The notes under the pieces: generated by a model
Database searches by the model: none
The model's input: the letters and a program-made list of their open reading frames with translations, nothing else
What the model was told of the DNA's origin: nothing
Assembly: GCA_964390105.1 (NCBI GenBank)
Contig: CAYMGV010000005.1
Coordinates: forward strand, 285-64,284
From: an uncultured Anaerolineae bacterium
GTDB lineage: Bacteria > Chloroflexota > Anaerolineae > Aggregatilineales > UBA3940
Length of the DNA: 64,000 bases
Direction of reading: 5' to 3'
Program-made: the position numbers and the translations under genes
Shown here: positions 27,844-35,300 of the stretch, piece after piece
Layout of the letters: each line of letters starts with the position of its first letter
Numbering within the stretch: the first letter of the stretch is position 1

Positions 27844-27874
27844 AGGCGGGCGAAAGCCCGCTTCTTTCTTTTTT
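27844..27874 (+). terminator. Rho-independent terminator ending the nuo operon
   Basis: aggcgggc GAAA gcccgctt stem-loop followed by a T-rich tail (cttctttcttttttc). Confidence 0.85.
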
Positions 27875-28038
27875 CGGGGTGGCAGCAGGTATGACCTCCT
27901 GCACTTTGCTATCCGGTTTTTTGAGAGGGCCTCATATCGAAGCCTGACGCCCCCCCTGATTGTGCGGGTGCAGGGGCAGCGTCCCCACGGATCAAGCCCG
28001 ACATGACACACCTACCACGCTGGGCTACAATCTGCCAC

Positions 28039-29976
28039 ATGGACAGAAAACGACAAATCCTGTATATCCTGCTGGCAGTGAGCGCGGTGCTGGCGATACT
28101 GTTGGCCTTTGACGTGGCTCCCATCCTGCGGGGCGGGTTCGGCTGGCGGTGGCCTTATGACGTGCTGGATGGCGTCGAGTGGGTTCGGCTGGCGGGCCTG
28201 CTGGCTGCGGTGGCGGCCTATCTCGGTGTGGGCTGGGTGCTGATGGGCCGCGAGAAGCCCGCGCCATTCATCGTGTGGGCGGTGCTGGGGGCGGTGCTGC
28301 TGCCCATACTGACTACATGGGTACGTATGCCGTACATCGGCTATGGATACTACCGTGCAACGGCGGATGCCGTGGGGACGGGATGGTACCAGGCCGGGTT
28401 GGTGGTGCGTGAGGGGCCGGGCCTGCGTGAGGCGCTGATCAACTACCCGGAGCAGATGTTCGCCTTCCGTGAGGCTGGGTTGAACCACATCACCACGTCA
28501 CCGCCGGGGCACTGGCTGCTTTACTACTGGGCCGCGAGCCTGTTCGATGTGCTGCCGGGGCTGGCTGCATGGCTGGCTGAGCCGCTGCGTGCCTACGGCT
28601 GCATCGACCCGCAGGCGCTGACCCTGGGTGACGCGGAGCTGGCGTCGGCGTGGGTGGGGATGACCCTGCCGCTGTGGGGCGGCATGGCCGGTCTGCTGAT
28701 CTGGTTGTTGGGCCGGGCCTTGTTCGCGGAGGGAGTGGCACGCCGGGCGGCCTACCTGTGGCCGCTGCTGCCCTCACTGCTGATCTTTAACCCGTACCCC
28801 TCACCGGTTAACGCCACCCTGAGTCTGCTCGCCATGGCGCTGCTGGCACTGGGCCTTGACCGGGATCAATGGGGGTGGGTGTTCCTCGGTGGCGCAGCCC
28901 TGTCGTATGCGACGTTTAACAGCTTCATCTTCCTGCCTGTGCTGTTCTTTGCGGGGGCACAGGCACTCCTGTTCTTTTTTGTGCGGCGTGCCGAACGCGG
29001 TTATCGGTGGTGGTGGCCGTTCGTACAGGGGGCCATCTTTGGGGCCGGGCTGCTTTCGGTATGGTTGATCTTCTACCTGTACAGCGGCATTACGCCGCTG
29101 GATATCTTCGTCACGTCGATGGACTGGCACCTCAACCTCGAACTGGAGTACCTGCCGTGGGTGTTCCTGCACTTCAATGATTTCGTGTTGTTTACCGGCT
29201 GGCCGCTGTTCTTTGTTGGTGTGCTTGGTGTGGTCTTTGCGACCCGTCAAACGCTGACGGGGAAAGCCGTATCCGGTGGGGTGCTGCTGGCGCTGGCCTG
29301 TGCTATTACCGTGATCGTGCTGGATATATCGGGGATGGCACGCGGTGAGTCGGGGCGGTCGTGGATCATCTTCATGCCGTTTATGCTGTACGCGGCGGGC
29401 CTGTGGCTCGATGGGGCAGGGGCAGATCGCGGGGTGCTGCTGCCTGCCGCCGGGATGCAGATCGCCGTGATTGGGGTCGTGGCCGCAGTCATGCGTCCGA
29501 TGGCGGTGTATCCTGCGCCCGGCCACCTTAGTCAGCCGGAAGCGGTCAGCCCGCCGGGTGATGTGATCCCGGTGTCGGAACCCGTGACCTTTGACGATAC
29601 GGTACGGCTGAGCGCGTATAGTGGTACGGTGAGTGGCGATACCCTGACGCTGTGGCTGTCGTTCGTGGCTGGTGCCCCGCTGGATCACCCGTACTGGCTG
29701 TCGATTCTGCCGGTGGGGCCGGATGGCACGCCGGGCACGGCATCGGTGATGCCGCCGTATCTGCCCGCTGAGACCTTCCCGGTGACGTGCTGGTTTGCTG
29801 CCGATGAGCCGGTGACAGTGCAGCAGTCCATCGCGCTTCCCACCGATGCAGCAGACGGCGCATGGTGGGTCAGCCTGTCGCTGATCGATGCCGAGACGGG
29901 GGCGATACTGCCTGTTTCAGTAGGGGAAAGCAGCGGTGAGATGCAGGTCGGATTGGGACCATTTGAGGGTAAATAG
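28039..29976 (+). CDS. Polytopic membrane protein, GT-C-fold glycosyltransferase-like (PMT/ArnT-like), tentative
   Basis: At least 10 predicted TM helices. First-loop motif HITTSPPGHWLL resembles the (D/H)xPPG/L motif of GT-C enzymes and the FSDRPPG motif of ORFs 62058 and 63563. C-terminal soluble domain. Start set at MDRKRQ (track ORF starts at 28003). Confidence 0.55.
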   Translation: MDRKRQILYILLAVSAVLAILLAFDVAPILRGGFGWRWPYDVLDGVEWVRLAGLLAAVAAYLGVGWVLMGREKPAPFIVWAVLGAVLLPILTTWVRMPYIGYGYYRATADAVGTGWYQAGLVVREGPGLREALINYPEQMFAFREAGLNHITTSPPGHWLLYYWAASLFDVLPGLAAWLAEPLRAYGCIDPQALTLGDAELASAWVGMTLPLWGGMAGLLIWLLGRALFAEGVARRAAYLWPLLPSLLIFNPYPSPVNATLSLLAMALLALGLDRDQWGWVFLGGAALSYATFNSFIFLPVLFFAGAQALLFFFVRRAERGYRWWWPFVQGAIFGAGLLSVWLIFYLYSGITPLDIFVTSMDWHLNLELEYLPWVFLHFNDFVLFTGWPLFFVGVLGVVFATRQTLTGKAVSGGVLLALACAITVIVLDISGMARGESGRSWIIFMPFMLYAAGLWLDGAGADRGVLLPAAGMQIAVIGVVAAVMRPMAVYPAPGHLSQPEAVSPPGDVIPVSEPVTFDDTVRLSAYSGTVSGDTLTLWLSFVAGAPLDHPYWLSILPVGPDGTPGTASVMPPYLPAETFPVTCWFAADEPVTVQQSIALPTDAADGAWWVSLSLIDAETGAILPVSVGESSGEMQVGLGPFEGK

Positions 29977-30087
29977 GCTGGTTTTATGCTGAATCCGCCC
30001 AACTTTGTGGGATTTATCTCAATTTTTGATCTGACTTCTATTTTACGTTAGGATCACGGAGGTCTTTGAACCTAACTTTACCCGTAC

Positions 30088-30414
30088 GTGAACATCAATC
30101 TAATGACTGAACAACGACCAAAGACGTCCATGCAAGGGATGTTTGTGCTGGGCAGTTCTGCCACCGGAATAGGCTGCCTGACCCCGCTTTTTGTTGGCGG
30201 GGCAATCCTGCTTGGGCGATGGCTGGATGCTGCCTTGGGTACCCATCCCTACATTCTTCTGTCGTTGATTTTATTGAGCATTCCATTAAGCCTGTTAGTC
30301 ATTGTGCGGACAGCGGTTGAATCGAGCCGAATCGAAGCAGCCCGGTTGCACACATCAACAGACAACACACGCGAATCCCGTCATGACTACAACGCCTACA
30401 GGGAGGACACGTAG
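30088..30414 (+). CDS. AtpZ/AtpI-like small membrane protein preceding the F0 genes
   Basis: 108 aa with two TM helices (GIGCLTPLFVGGAILLGRWLD, PYILLSLILLSIPLSLLVIV), immediately upstream of atpB. Start uncertain (GTG 30088 or ATG 30103). Confidence 0.6.
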   Translation: MNINLMTEQRPKTSMQGMFVLGSSATGIGCLTPLFVGGAILLGRWLDAALGTHPYILLSLILLSIPLSLLVIVRTAVESSRIEAARLHTSTDNTRESRHDYNAYREDT

Positions 30415-31605
30415 TTGAAAAACCCATTTGTTCAGTTACTCGTTGTGCTGGGTGCGCTCGGCTTGTTTGTCGTGGCCCCTATTTTTATTCTGCCAGCGCT
30501 TGATATTCCCGTGATCTTCCCGCATGTCCAGATGCCGGCGGAAAAAATCTGGCTGGAGCCGCTGTTCACGGTTGGCAACATCCCGATTTACCTGTTTAAC
30601 TCGTTCACGTCGATCATGCTGGCGAATGTCCTGCTGATCATCATGGGCGTGACGGCTGGTGCTGCGGCCCGCAAGCGTCTTCAGCAGTATGAGGCCAACC
30701 CGCGTGCGGTCGATGAGGATGGCGAAGACATGATGGTGCCGAAGGGCTGGCTGAATACCTTTGAGATGATCGTCGAATACTTCTTCGACCTCGTTGAGCA
30801 GATCGTCGGTGCCAAGTGGGCCAAGCAGGTATTCCCAGTGGTAATGACGATCTTCCTGTTTGTGCTGACCGTCAACTGGCTGCACTTCCTGCCGGGTGTT
30901 GACAGCGTTGGCATCGTTCACTGCGCCAAGCCGCCCTTCAAGGGGTACGAGGCTGTTGAGATGGGGTCTTCGGGCGTATTCCGCCTGGCCCTGGGTGAGA
31001 CGCTGGACGGTGATGAAATCGGCACGACGGGCGCTGCCATCTGGATCGAGGACGAGGGGCTGACGGCTGAGGAGGCCGCCGATGAACAGTATCACCTGTG
31101 TGAAGAAGCCGCCGAGCTGGCGCATCACGGCGAGGTAGATGAGGAACTGGAGATTCGCTATACGCTGGCTCCATTCTTCCGAACCGGCTCCACGGACCTG
31201 AATATGACACTGGCGGTTGCCATCTTCGCTATGGTGGCCGTACAGGTGTTCGGTGTGCGTGAACTGGGTGCCGGGTACTTCTGGAAGTTCTTCAACATCC
31301 CCGGCCTCAAGAATGGGCCCATGGCGTACATGGACCTTGTCGTTGGTGTCCTGGAGCTCATCTCCGAGTTTGCAAAGGTGCTCTCCTTCACCCTCCGACT
31401 TTTTGGTAACATGTTTGCCGGTGCCATTCTGCTGTTCGTGATGATGTACCTGATCCCGGTTGGCGTGCCGCTCATCTTCTTTGGGCTTGAGCTGCTGATC
31501 GGTGCCATCCAGGCGCTGGTCTTTGCCATGCTGACGCTCGCACTGATATCAGTGGCGATGGCGGGGCACGGTGATCACGACGAGCATGACGAAGAGCATC
31601 ACTAA
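30415..31605 (+). CDS. atpB: F0F1 ATP synthase subunit a, expanded (396 aa) with an acidic insertion of about 90 aa and a His/Asp/Glu C-terminal tail
   Basis: TTG start 9 nt after gggagga. Conserved STDLNMTLAVAIF and the essential-Arg helix FTLRLFGNMFAGAILL. Length far above the usual 230-290 aa. Confidence 0.85.
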   Translation: MKNPFVQLLVVLGALGLFVVAPIFILPALDIPVIFPHVQMPAEKIWLEPLFTVGNIPIYLFNSFTSIMLANVLLIIMGVTAGAAARKRLQQYEANPRAVDEDGEDMMVPKGWLNTFEMIVEYFFDLVEQIVGAKWAKQVFPVVMTIFLFVLTVNWLHFLPGVDSVGIVHCAKPPFKGYEAVEMGSSGVFRLALGETLDGDEIGTTGAAIWIEDEGLTAEEAADEQYHLCEEAAELAHHGEVDEELEIRYTLAPFFRTGSTDLNMTLAVAIFAMVAVQVFGVRELGAGYFWKFFNIPGLKNGPMAYMDLVVGVLELISEFAKVLSFTLRLFGNMFAGAILLFVMMYLIPVGVPLIFFGLELLIGAIQALVFAMLTLALISVAMAGHGDHDEHDEEHH

Positions 31606-31748
31606 GATTTAGGGTTGAATGCGGCACTGGCAGGGCCGGTGCCGCTTAATCTGCGGGGAGTGGCCCCGTTTTCAACTGGATACATAGCAGCGGGGGCCAC
31701 ACAGCGCCCGCCCGACATAAACAACAAATCGTTAATCACGGAGGAACG

Positions 31749-31991
31749 ATGGAACTCACAATCGAAGCTGCACGTGCTCTGGCTGCCGGTCTCGCAATTG
31801 GGTTCGGCGCAGTTGGCCCCGGTATCGGCATTGGTCTGCTCGCAATGGGTGCGATGCAGTCACTGGGTCGTAACCCGGAAGCGGGCGGTCTGATCCAGAC
31901 CAACATGATCCTTGCAATCGCGCTCACCGAAGCTATCGCAATTTACGCGCTGGTGGTTGCGCTGCTCCTCATCTTCGTGGGTGTGGGCTAA
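31749..31991 (+). CDS. atpE: F0F1 ATP synthase subunit c
   Basis: 80 aa, RBS ggagga. GLAIGFGAVGPGIGIG, loop GRNPE, carboxylate helix LAIALTEAIAIYALVVALLL. Ala follows the Glu, so the pattern is H+-type rather than Na+-type. Confidence 0.93.
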   Translation: MELTIEAARALAAGLAIGFGAVGPGIGIGLLAMGAMQSLGRNPEAGGLIQTNMILAIALTEAIAIYALVVALLLIFVGVG

Positions 31992-32049
31992 GGCCCGGTA
32001 CGCGGAGCTTAGCTCGCGTATCTCCCCGACATAGTCACAGGAGGACAAT

Positions 32050-32760
32050 GTGGAAGCACTCGATAGGCTTGGAATCAACCTAGGGCTTCTCATCGCGTAT
32101 ACCGTCAATGTGGTACTGCTTCTGGTACTGCTGCGGGCTGCTGCGTTCAAGCCGATCACGGAGATGCTGGAAAAGCGCCGTGAACGTATCAGCGAAGGCC
32201 TGAACAAGGAACGCCGTGCCGAAGAGGCGCTGGCAAACGCGGAGAGTGAAAAGCAGGCGGCGCTGGATCAGGCGCGTGCCGAAGCCCAGCAGATCATCAA
32301 CGAAGCACGCAGCCGTGCCAAGGAAACCGAGAACCAACTGGTTTCCGAAGCGCAGGACCAGGCCCGCCGCATCGTGGAACGTGCCGAGGAAGAAGCTGCT
32401 GCGGAACGGAACATGGCGCTTTCTGAAATGCGCGAACAGATCGTCTCACTCAGCCTTGCGGCTGCCGGCCACCTGCTGGGCAATGAGATCGATGCGAAGG
32501 TCGCCAAGACCACTGTCACCGACTTTTTCACCAATATCCCGGCGGAAGCCAGGGGCATGGGGGATAGTTATACCGTGGTCACCGCTGTGCCGCTGACCGA
32601 TGCGGAGCAGAAAAAGGTCGCTAAGGACCTCGGTTCAGATGACGTGACCTTCATCACTGACACGAGCATCCTTGGTGGCGTGATCGTGCGTTCAGGTGCC
32701 AGCGAGATTGACGCCAGCTACGCCAATCAGCTCGGCCAGATGCGCGTCGCGATGCAGTAA
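32050..32760 (+). CDS. atpF: F0F1 ATP synthase subunit b fused to a delta (OSCP) C-terminal-domain-like segment
   Basis: N-terminal TM plus a long charged coiled-coil (b-type). The C-terminal roughly 65 aa (YTVVTAVPLTDAEQKKVAKDLGSDDVTFITDTSILGGVIVRSGASEIDASYANQLGQM) matches the delta C-terminal pattern V.SA.pL......i......v.l....D.sliGG..v..G...iD.S....L. Confidence 0.8.
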   Translation: MEALDRLGINLGLLIAYTVNVVLLLVLLRAAAFKPITEMLEKRRERISEGLNKERRAEEALANAESEKQAALDQARAEAQQIINEARSRAKETENQLVSEAQDQARRIVERAEEEAAAERNMALSEMREQIVSLSLAAAGHLLGNEIDAKVAKTTVTDFFTNIPAEARGMGDSYTVVTAVPLTDAEQKKVAKDLGSDDVTFITDTSILGGVIVRSGASEIDASYANQLGQMRVAMQ

Positions 32761-32785
32761 CCTGCGGTTACACTGTGTTTTTGCT

Positions 32786-32822
32786 ACAGGGGGCCTTCTT
32801 TTCAAGGAGGCCCCCTGTTTTA
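32786..32822 (+). terminator. Rho-independent terminator ending the F0 operon
   Basis: acagggggcct / aggccccctgt stem followed by ttta. Confidence 0.8.
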
Positions 32823-32845
32823 CGCCGGGCTGCGCCGGTTGCATC

Positions 32846-32874
32846 TTGACACCCGGATCGGTGCGCGGTACACT
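32846..32874 (+). promoter_or_regulatory. Sigma70-like promoter candidate (TTGACA-17 nt-TACACT) for the riboswitch-metK transcript
   Basis: ttgaca at 32846-32851, 17-nt spacer, tacact at 32869-32874, about 40 nt upstream of the aptamer. Confidence 0.55.
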
Positions 32875-32914
32875 TCACCCGCTAAAATCATATAGCTGAA
32901 AGTTGCCTGAGCGT

Positions 32915-33030
32915 CCTCTTATCCAGAGCGGTGGAGGGAACGGCCCTGAGAAACCGCGGCAACCGGGCACCCCAAACGGGGAGTCAGAGGTGCCAATTCC
33001 GTCAGAGGAAATCCCTGGGAGATGAGGGAA
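32915..33030 (+). promoter_or_regulatory. SAM-I (S-box) riboswitch aptamer
   Basis: cCTCTTATCcAGAGcGGtGGAGGGAacGGCCCtgaGAAACCgcGGCAACC...GGTGCCAATTCCgtcag...GAGATGAGgg matches the S-box consensus, including P1 (tcttatc/gatgagg) and the GGTGCCAATTCC segment. Confidence 0.9.
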
Positions 33031-33059
33031 GACGCGTACTGGTGGACACTGTTCTCCGT

Positions 33060-33096
33060 GCGCCTCTTTATCATAACTAAAAGAGGCGCTTTGGTT
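33060..33096 (+). terminator. Riboswitch expression-platform terminator
   Basis: 10-bp stem gcgcctcttt / aaagaggcgc followed by tttggtt. Its 5' arm (cctctttatc) mimics the P1 5' strand, so it can alternatively pair with the P1 3' strand as an antiterminator. Confidence 0.8.
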
Positions 33097-33174
33097 ATCT
33101 GGCAGCGCTACCCATGGCACGCCAGTCAAAGACGATAACATTCAACTGGCTGCCTTTCATCCAGGAGGATAATC

Positions 33175-34368
33175 GTGTCAGATCGCAATATCATTGTCGT
33201 TGAAGCCAGTGAAACCCCCATCGACAAGCGCCCGGTCGAGATCGTGGAGCGTAAGGGGATAGGCCATCCCGACACCATCTGCGACGGCATCGCTGAGCGC
33301 GTGTCTGTCGAATACATGAAATGGTGCCATGAGAACCTGGGTGCCCCGCTGCATCATAACTTTGACAAGGTGCAGCTTGTTGCCGGTGAGACCGACGTGT
33401 CCTACGGTCATGCCCAGATGCTTAAGCCGATCCGCATCCAGCTTGCGGGCCGTGGCACCCCGGTCGCCCCGGATGGTACCAAGGTGCCGATGGACGCTAT
33501 TGCCATCAAGGCGGCCAAGGACCATATCAGTGAAACGCTGAAGTACCTTGACCCCAACGTACATGTTGTGGTCGACTCCTACGCCGGTCGTGGCTCCAGT
33601 GAGCTGATCTTCGCCGTGGATGAGATCACCGCCAATGACACCAGCTTCGGTGTGGCGCACTGGCCACGTTCTGGCCTGGAACATGCCGTTTACGAGACCT
33701 GCGAGTACATCACGGGCACGTTGATCGATACCTACCCGCTGGGTGAGGATGTCAAGGTGATGGGCTACCGCAGCGGCAATGATGTGACCCTGACCTGCGC
33801 TGTCCCGTTCATGGCTGAGAAGATCAAGAGCCGCGAGGAATATGTTGAAGTTCGTACTGCGGTTGAGAAGGCCATCCAAAACTATGCGGATGGGCTGGAT
33901 GATCGCAATATGGTCGTCAACGTCAATACCGCGGACAACGTCGAGGCCGATGCCGTCTACCTGACGCTGACCGGCACCAGCGCCGAGATGGGTGACGATG
34001 GTTCGGTGGGGCGTGGTAATCGTGTCACCGGCGTGATTGCACCGTTCCGTTCGGCTTCGCTGGAAGCCGCCGCTGGCAAGAACCCGATCAGCCATGTTGG
34101 TAAGCTGTACAACATCCTCGCGCTGGAAGCCGCCAAGGAAATCCATGCCGTGTGCGACGAGGTTGCAGCGGTGCAGGTGTACATCCTGAGCCAGATCGGC
34201 CAGCCGCTGGATAAGCCGTTGGTGGCAACAGCCAACGTCGATGTCAAGGATGGCAAGCCGTTGACTGATGCCGGTAGGGCCAAAGTCGTGGAAATCCTGG
34301 ACAGGCATCTCGCTGATATGACTGGCCTGCGCAAGAAGCTGATTAACCAGGAAGTGACCCTGTACTAA
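33175..34368 (+). CDS. metK: S-adenosylmethionine synthetase, archaeal-type (MAT, PF01941-like)
   Basis: GTG start after aggagga. VERKGIGHPDTICDGIAE plus overall collinearity with archaeal MAT, and not with the bacterial MetK pattern. Confidence 0.8.
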   Translation: MSDRNIIVVEASETPIDKRPVEIVERKGIGHPDTICDGIAERVSVEYMKWCHENLGAPLHHNFDKVQLVAGETDVSYGHAQMLKPIRIQLAGRGTPVAPDGTKVPMDAIAIKAAKDHISETLKYLDPNVHVVVDSYAGRGSSELIFAVDEITANDTSFGVAHWPRSGLEHAVYETCEYITGTLIDTYPLGEDVKVMGYRSGNDVTLTCAVPFMAEKIKSREEYVEVRTAVEKAIQNYADGLDDRNMVVNVNTADNVEADAVYLTLTGTSAEMGDDGSVGRGNRVTGVIAPFRSASLEAAAGKNPISHVGKLYNILALEAAKEIHAVCDEVAAVQVYILSQIGQPLDKPLVATANVDVKDGKPLTDAGRAKVVEILDRHLADMTGLRKKLINQEVTLY

Positions 34369-34519
34369 GCCACAAGGTCATTCGAACGCATATCTTCACC
34401 GGGGGTGGCCCACGCAAGCCATCCCCGGATTGCTGTCCGGCCCACACGCTGCCGTTGCTGAACGCGGGCCTCATCCGTTACACTCAGCAGGCGCGCACAA
34501 TCTCCAATACGGAAGAGCT

Positions 34520-35149
34520 ATGAAAATCCTCGCTGTCAGTGACCGCGTCGTCAACCTCATCTATTCGGAACAGATACGCAGTTTGTATGGTGATGTCGAT
34601 ATGATCATTGGCTGCGGTGATCTGCCGTACTACTACCTTGAGTACATCGTCACGATGCTGCCGGTGCCGGGTATTTACGTCTATGGCAATCATGATAAGA
34701 CACAGTACACCATTGATGGGCGGACCGTGGATCGCGCCGAAGGCTGCACCCTGATCGATGGCAAGACGTGGGAGAAGGATGGTGTGTTGTTCGCGGGGTT
34801 GGGGGGGTCAATGCGCTACCAGCCGGATGCCATCAACCAGTATACGGAAGCCGAAATGCGCTGGCGTATCCTGCGGCTGCTGCCGGGATTGATCCGCAAC
34901 CGTATCAAGTACGGGCGCTGGCTCGATGTGCTGGTGACGCACTCACCACCGCTCGGTATCCATGATGGTGAGGACCTGACACACACCGGTTTCAAGTCGC
35001 TTTTGCGCTTCCTGAAATGGTTCACGCCGAAGTACATGCTGCACGGGCACATGCATCGGTACCGGCGGGATGTGAGCTATGAGACGCAGTATCTCAATAC
35101 CAAAGTGGTGAACGTATACCCTAAAAGGGTTATTGAATTTGAGCCTTGA
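34520..35149 (+). CDS. Metallophosphoesterase (calcineurin-like) family protein
   Basis: MKILAVSD...GCGDL...YGNHD...VTHSPP...LHGHMH are the classic MPE metal-ligand motifs. Start set at MKIL (track ORF starts at 34430). Confidence 0.8.
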   Translation: MKILAVSDRVVNLIYSEQIRSLYGDVDMIIGCGDLPYYYLEYIVTMLPVPGIYVYGNHDKTQYTIDGRTVDRAEGCTLIDGKTWEKDGVLFAGLGGSMRYQPDAINQYTEAEMRWRILRLLPGLIRNRIKYGRWLDVLVTHSPPLGIHDGEDLTHTGFKSLLRFLKWFTPKYMLHGHMHRYRRDVSYETQYLNTKVVNVYPKRVIEFEP

Positions 35150-35300
35150 TCGTGATATGGTCAGGGCAGGTAATACAAACACAGCAGTGCTATCATCTGG
35201 CACTGCTGTTATCCCGGTGGCAAGAGCTGCCTGAATGCCCCGATTGAGAATGATCAATCCGGGGTTTGTGTTTGGTACTGGTAACAAGGATTGGGGTTGA

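Noticed and set aside
21797-29688. Several 260-300-aa minus-strand ORFs (21797..22699, 23353..24141, 26251..27036, 28801..29688) opposite nuoL, nuoM, nuoN and the GT-C gene
   Set aside because: All are His/Arg/Gln/Pro-rich antisense translations of hydrophobic membrane-protein codons. None has a start context or a family motif.
31615-31893. 92-aa plus-strand ORF overlapping atpE in another frame
   Set aside because: It overlaps the canonical, RBS-preceded c-subunit gene and has no motif. The atpB-atpE spacer contains only small hairpins, which are likely processing or attenuation structures.
30088-32760. N-ATPase or Na+-translocating ATP synthase interpretation of the unusual F0 operon
   Set aside because: N-ATPase operons carry their own F1 genes plus atpQ/atpR in a characteristic order, which is not the case here. 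The c-subunit carboxylate context (LTEAIAIY) also lacks the Ser/Thr after Glu and the upstream Gln of Na+-binding c-subunits.
33178-34308. 376-aa minus-strand ORF opposite the SAM synthetase gene
   Set aside because: It is an antisense shadow ORF. The plus-strand gene has an RBS, a riboswitch and MAT motifs, whereas the minus-strand product has none.
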